Shown here one piece after another: positions 62,263 through 64,000 of a stretch of DNA of 64,000 bases (positions within the stretch are counted from its first letter, which is position 1; each line of letters begins with the position of its first letter). The DNA comes from Marsupella aquatica. Lineage: Eukaryota; Plantae; Marchantiophyta. The notes below the pieces were generated by a model. It was not told the origin of the DNA. It was given only the letters and a program-made list of their open reading frames with translations, and searched no databases. A program made the position numbers and the translations under genes. The stretch lies in the NCBI GenBank assembly GCA_973895155.1, contig OZ316894.1, positions 19,072,805 through 19,136,804 of the forward strand, read 5' to 3'.

Positions 62263-64000
62263 ACCTGGTCTGGGTGTTATAACTGTTTGTTGGGTGTATT
62301 GCTTTGTGGCATGGATAAAGTATCTATTTTTCAAATCATCAACTTTCATCACATCAATCATCATTGATTTGGGTGAGAATTGGCATTAAATGGCTCAATT
62401 GTGTAGCCTCATTTGTGTGCACTCCAGTAGTGGGGTGAGGATTTCTTTGTGCTGCAGGTAGGGGAAGATACAGAAGTTTGTGTTGCAAAGTCAAAATGTG
62501 CAGGCTGAATTGATTATGTGTCTAGGGTACAGGATAACCATGGAATATAGGGAAGTGCTAGCAATGGTTCGATGCACTTAAGACTATCTTATCATTGACT
62601 ATTTTTTGACAACACGCAGCGTCAAGTATTACTTTAATTATAGGTCAAATTATAATTGAATTTGTCTCAGAAAATCTAAATAATGTTATTGGAGCAAACT
62701 TCACAGACTATTTAAATAGCAGCAAATGTTGGATACGTAGGGGCTTTTATGTTGACAATTTAGAGACCAACATTTGCTATAAATGTGTTTGGAAATACTT
62801 TAATGAGTAACAATGTCTATATGATCCTTAATGTATTTTCAATGTTAAAATTTCCCCACTCTTAGCAAAAAATTGCTACTATTTTGTCTCATTAGTCAGT
62901 GTCCGGTCTAATCCCAGGCCCCTATAGCCAGAATCTAACGGTCTGCCTTAAACCCAGGGAGATCTGAAGGTCAGGAAAATAATTGAATGGGGAATCTCTT
63001 GAGCGTCTTCTCCTTCGCACAGTGTACATTCGTCACTCTCTTGAAAAAGTAAAATCCTTAAAAAGTACGCTGGTTGGCCCCCCTTTTGCATGTGGGGTTA
63101 CTCTTTTGTCGTTGGCTATTCTTCCGCGAAGCTTCTACCTTGCTCCTTCTAACTTTTCAGCCCTGGTTGTGCCCCCTTTTGCATGAGGGGTCATGTCTCC
63201 CGTTGGACGCCTTTAACGTTTTGGCAAATTGATGAATACATATAAGTAACCTCTCCTCCCGTCCCTCCTCCAGTCCTCCTCCTCCTCCTCTCTGTCTGCG
63301 CTTGCCTCAAGCTCACGCTTCGTCCCTCCGTGACCGGACCCACATGGAGTATTCCCGGCCCACTGCACCCTCGACACGTCAAGCATTTCTCGCAATATGA
63401 GTCGTCCGTATTGGAGACACGGTGTCGAGTTCCGTCCGACGTGGCAGTGGTCGACCCGTGGTCAGGGCCTTGTAGAGTAATTAGTAAAGGGGTCCTGACC
63501 GAGATACGCCAATTCGTGCGCGTCGAATTCTGCCGAGCCTCGGCAAACCCCGAGGCTGTGCTCACCGGGCGACTGCCCTTAGCCGGGCAAGAGCAGCGCG
63601 GGCACGGCAGGACGGATTGATTTTCTGGGAGGTTGCGTGCGACTGACTGTTTGTTGCCGTTGCCCGTTGGAAAGCTCGAACTCTGGAGGAGTCGACGCCG
63701 TCGACGGTCTGACAGGCATGGTTGACGTTGGTGCGAGTTATTGTGGAAACTTCTAGATCCGATAATTTTTTTAAGGTTTTTTTTTTCTCAACCATGGTTG
63801 ACAATATTTTTAGGGGGACTAGAATCTGATAGGCCTTAGAAAGGTACACGGCCCAATCTTGTGAGTTAGGGACTTTGCTTCTGGGAAAAAGTGTGTGATC
63901 ATGACCAGAGCCAAAGCCCAAAGATTTTAGACCCCCCCCCCAATAGGGCATCTCAAACTTGAAGGGCTGCAAACAAAATCCCTTCCTGAAAATATGAGTT

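Overview
This is eukaryotic nuclear DNA from a non-seed land plant, most likely a bryophyte or lycophyte. That call is inferred from the 18S signature TAGTTTCTTTGATGGTAC, short GT-AG introns and the retroelement types. The window is gene-poor and repeat-rich. Two genes are well supported: an intronless F-box/kelch-repeat gene (46482-48227, +) and a five-exon SOG1-like NAC transcription factor (56311-58299, -). A possible degenerate or orphan multi-exon gene lies at about 50.2-52.1 kb (-). Mobile DNA includes a 5'-truncated but still open CRE-like non-LTR reverse transcriptase running off the left edge, a pseudogenised accessory ORF of a bryophyte-type LTR element, LTR-like fragments, a ~750-bp foldback element, several MITE-like inverted repeats, a candidate tRNA-derived SINE, and many short diverged tandem arrays. 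The most unusual structure is a dispersed, CpG-deaminated pre-rRNA fragment (5'ETS plus the first ~323 nt of 18S) joined to an A-rich segment and bracketed by a perfect 35-bp direct repeat. A speculative Crinkler-like nuclease relic lies at about 26 kb. No CRISPR array, intact tRNA or prokaryotic system is supported. All calls were made by eye with no database searches, and repeat boundaries are approximate.
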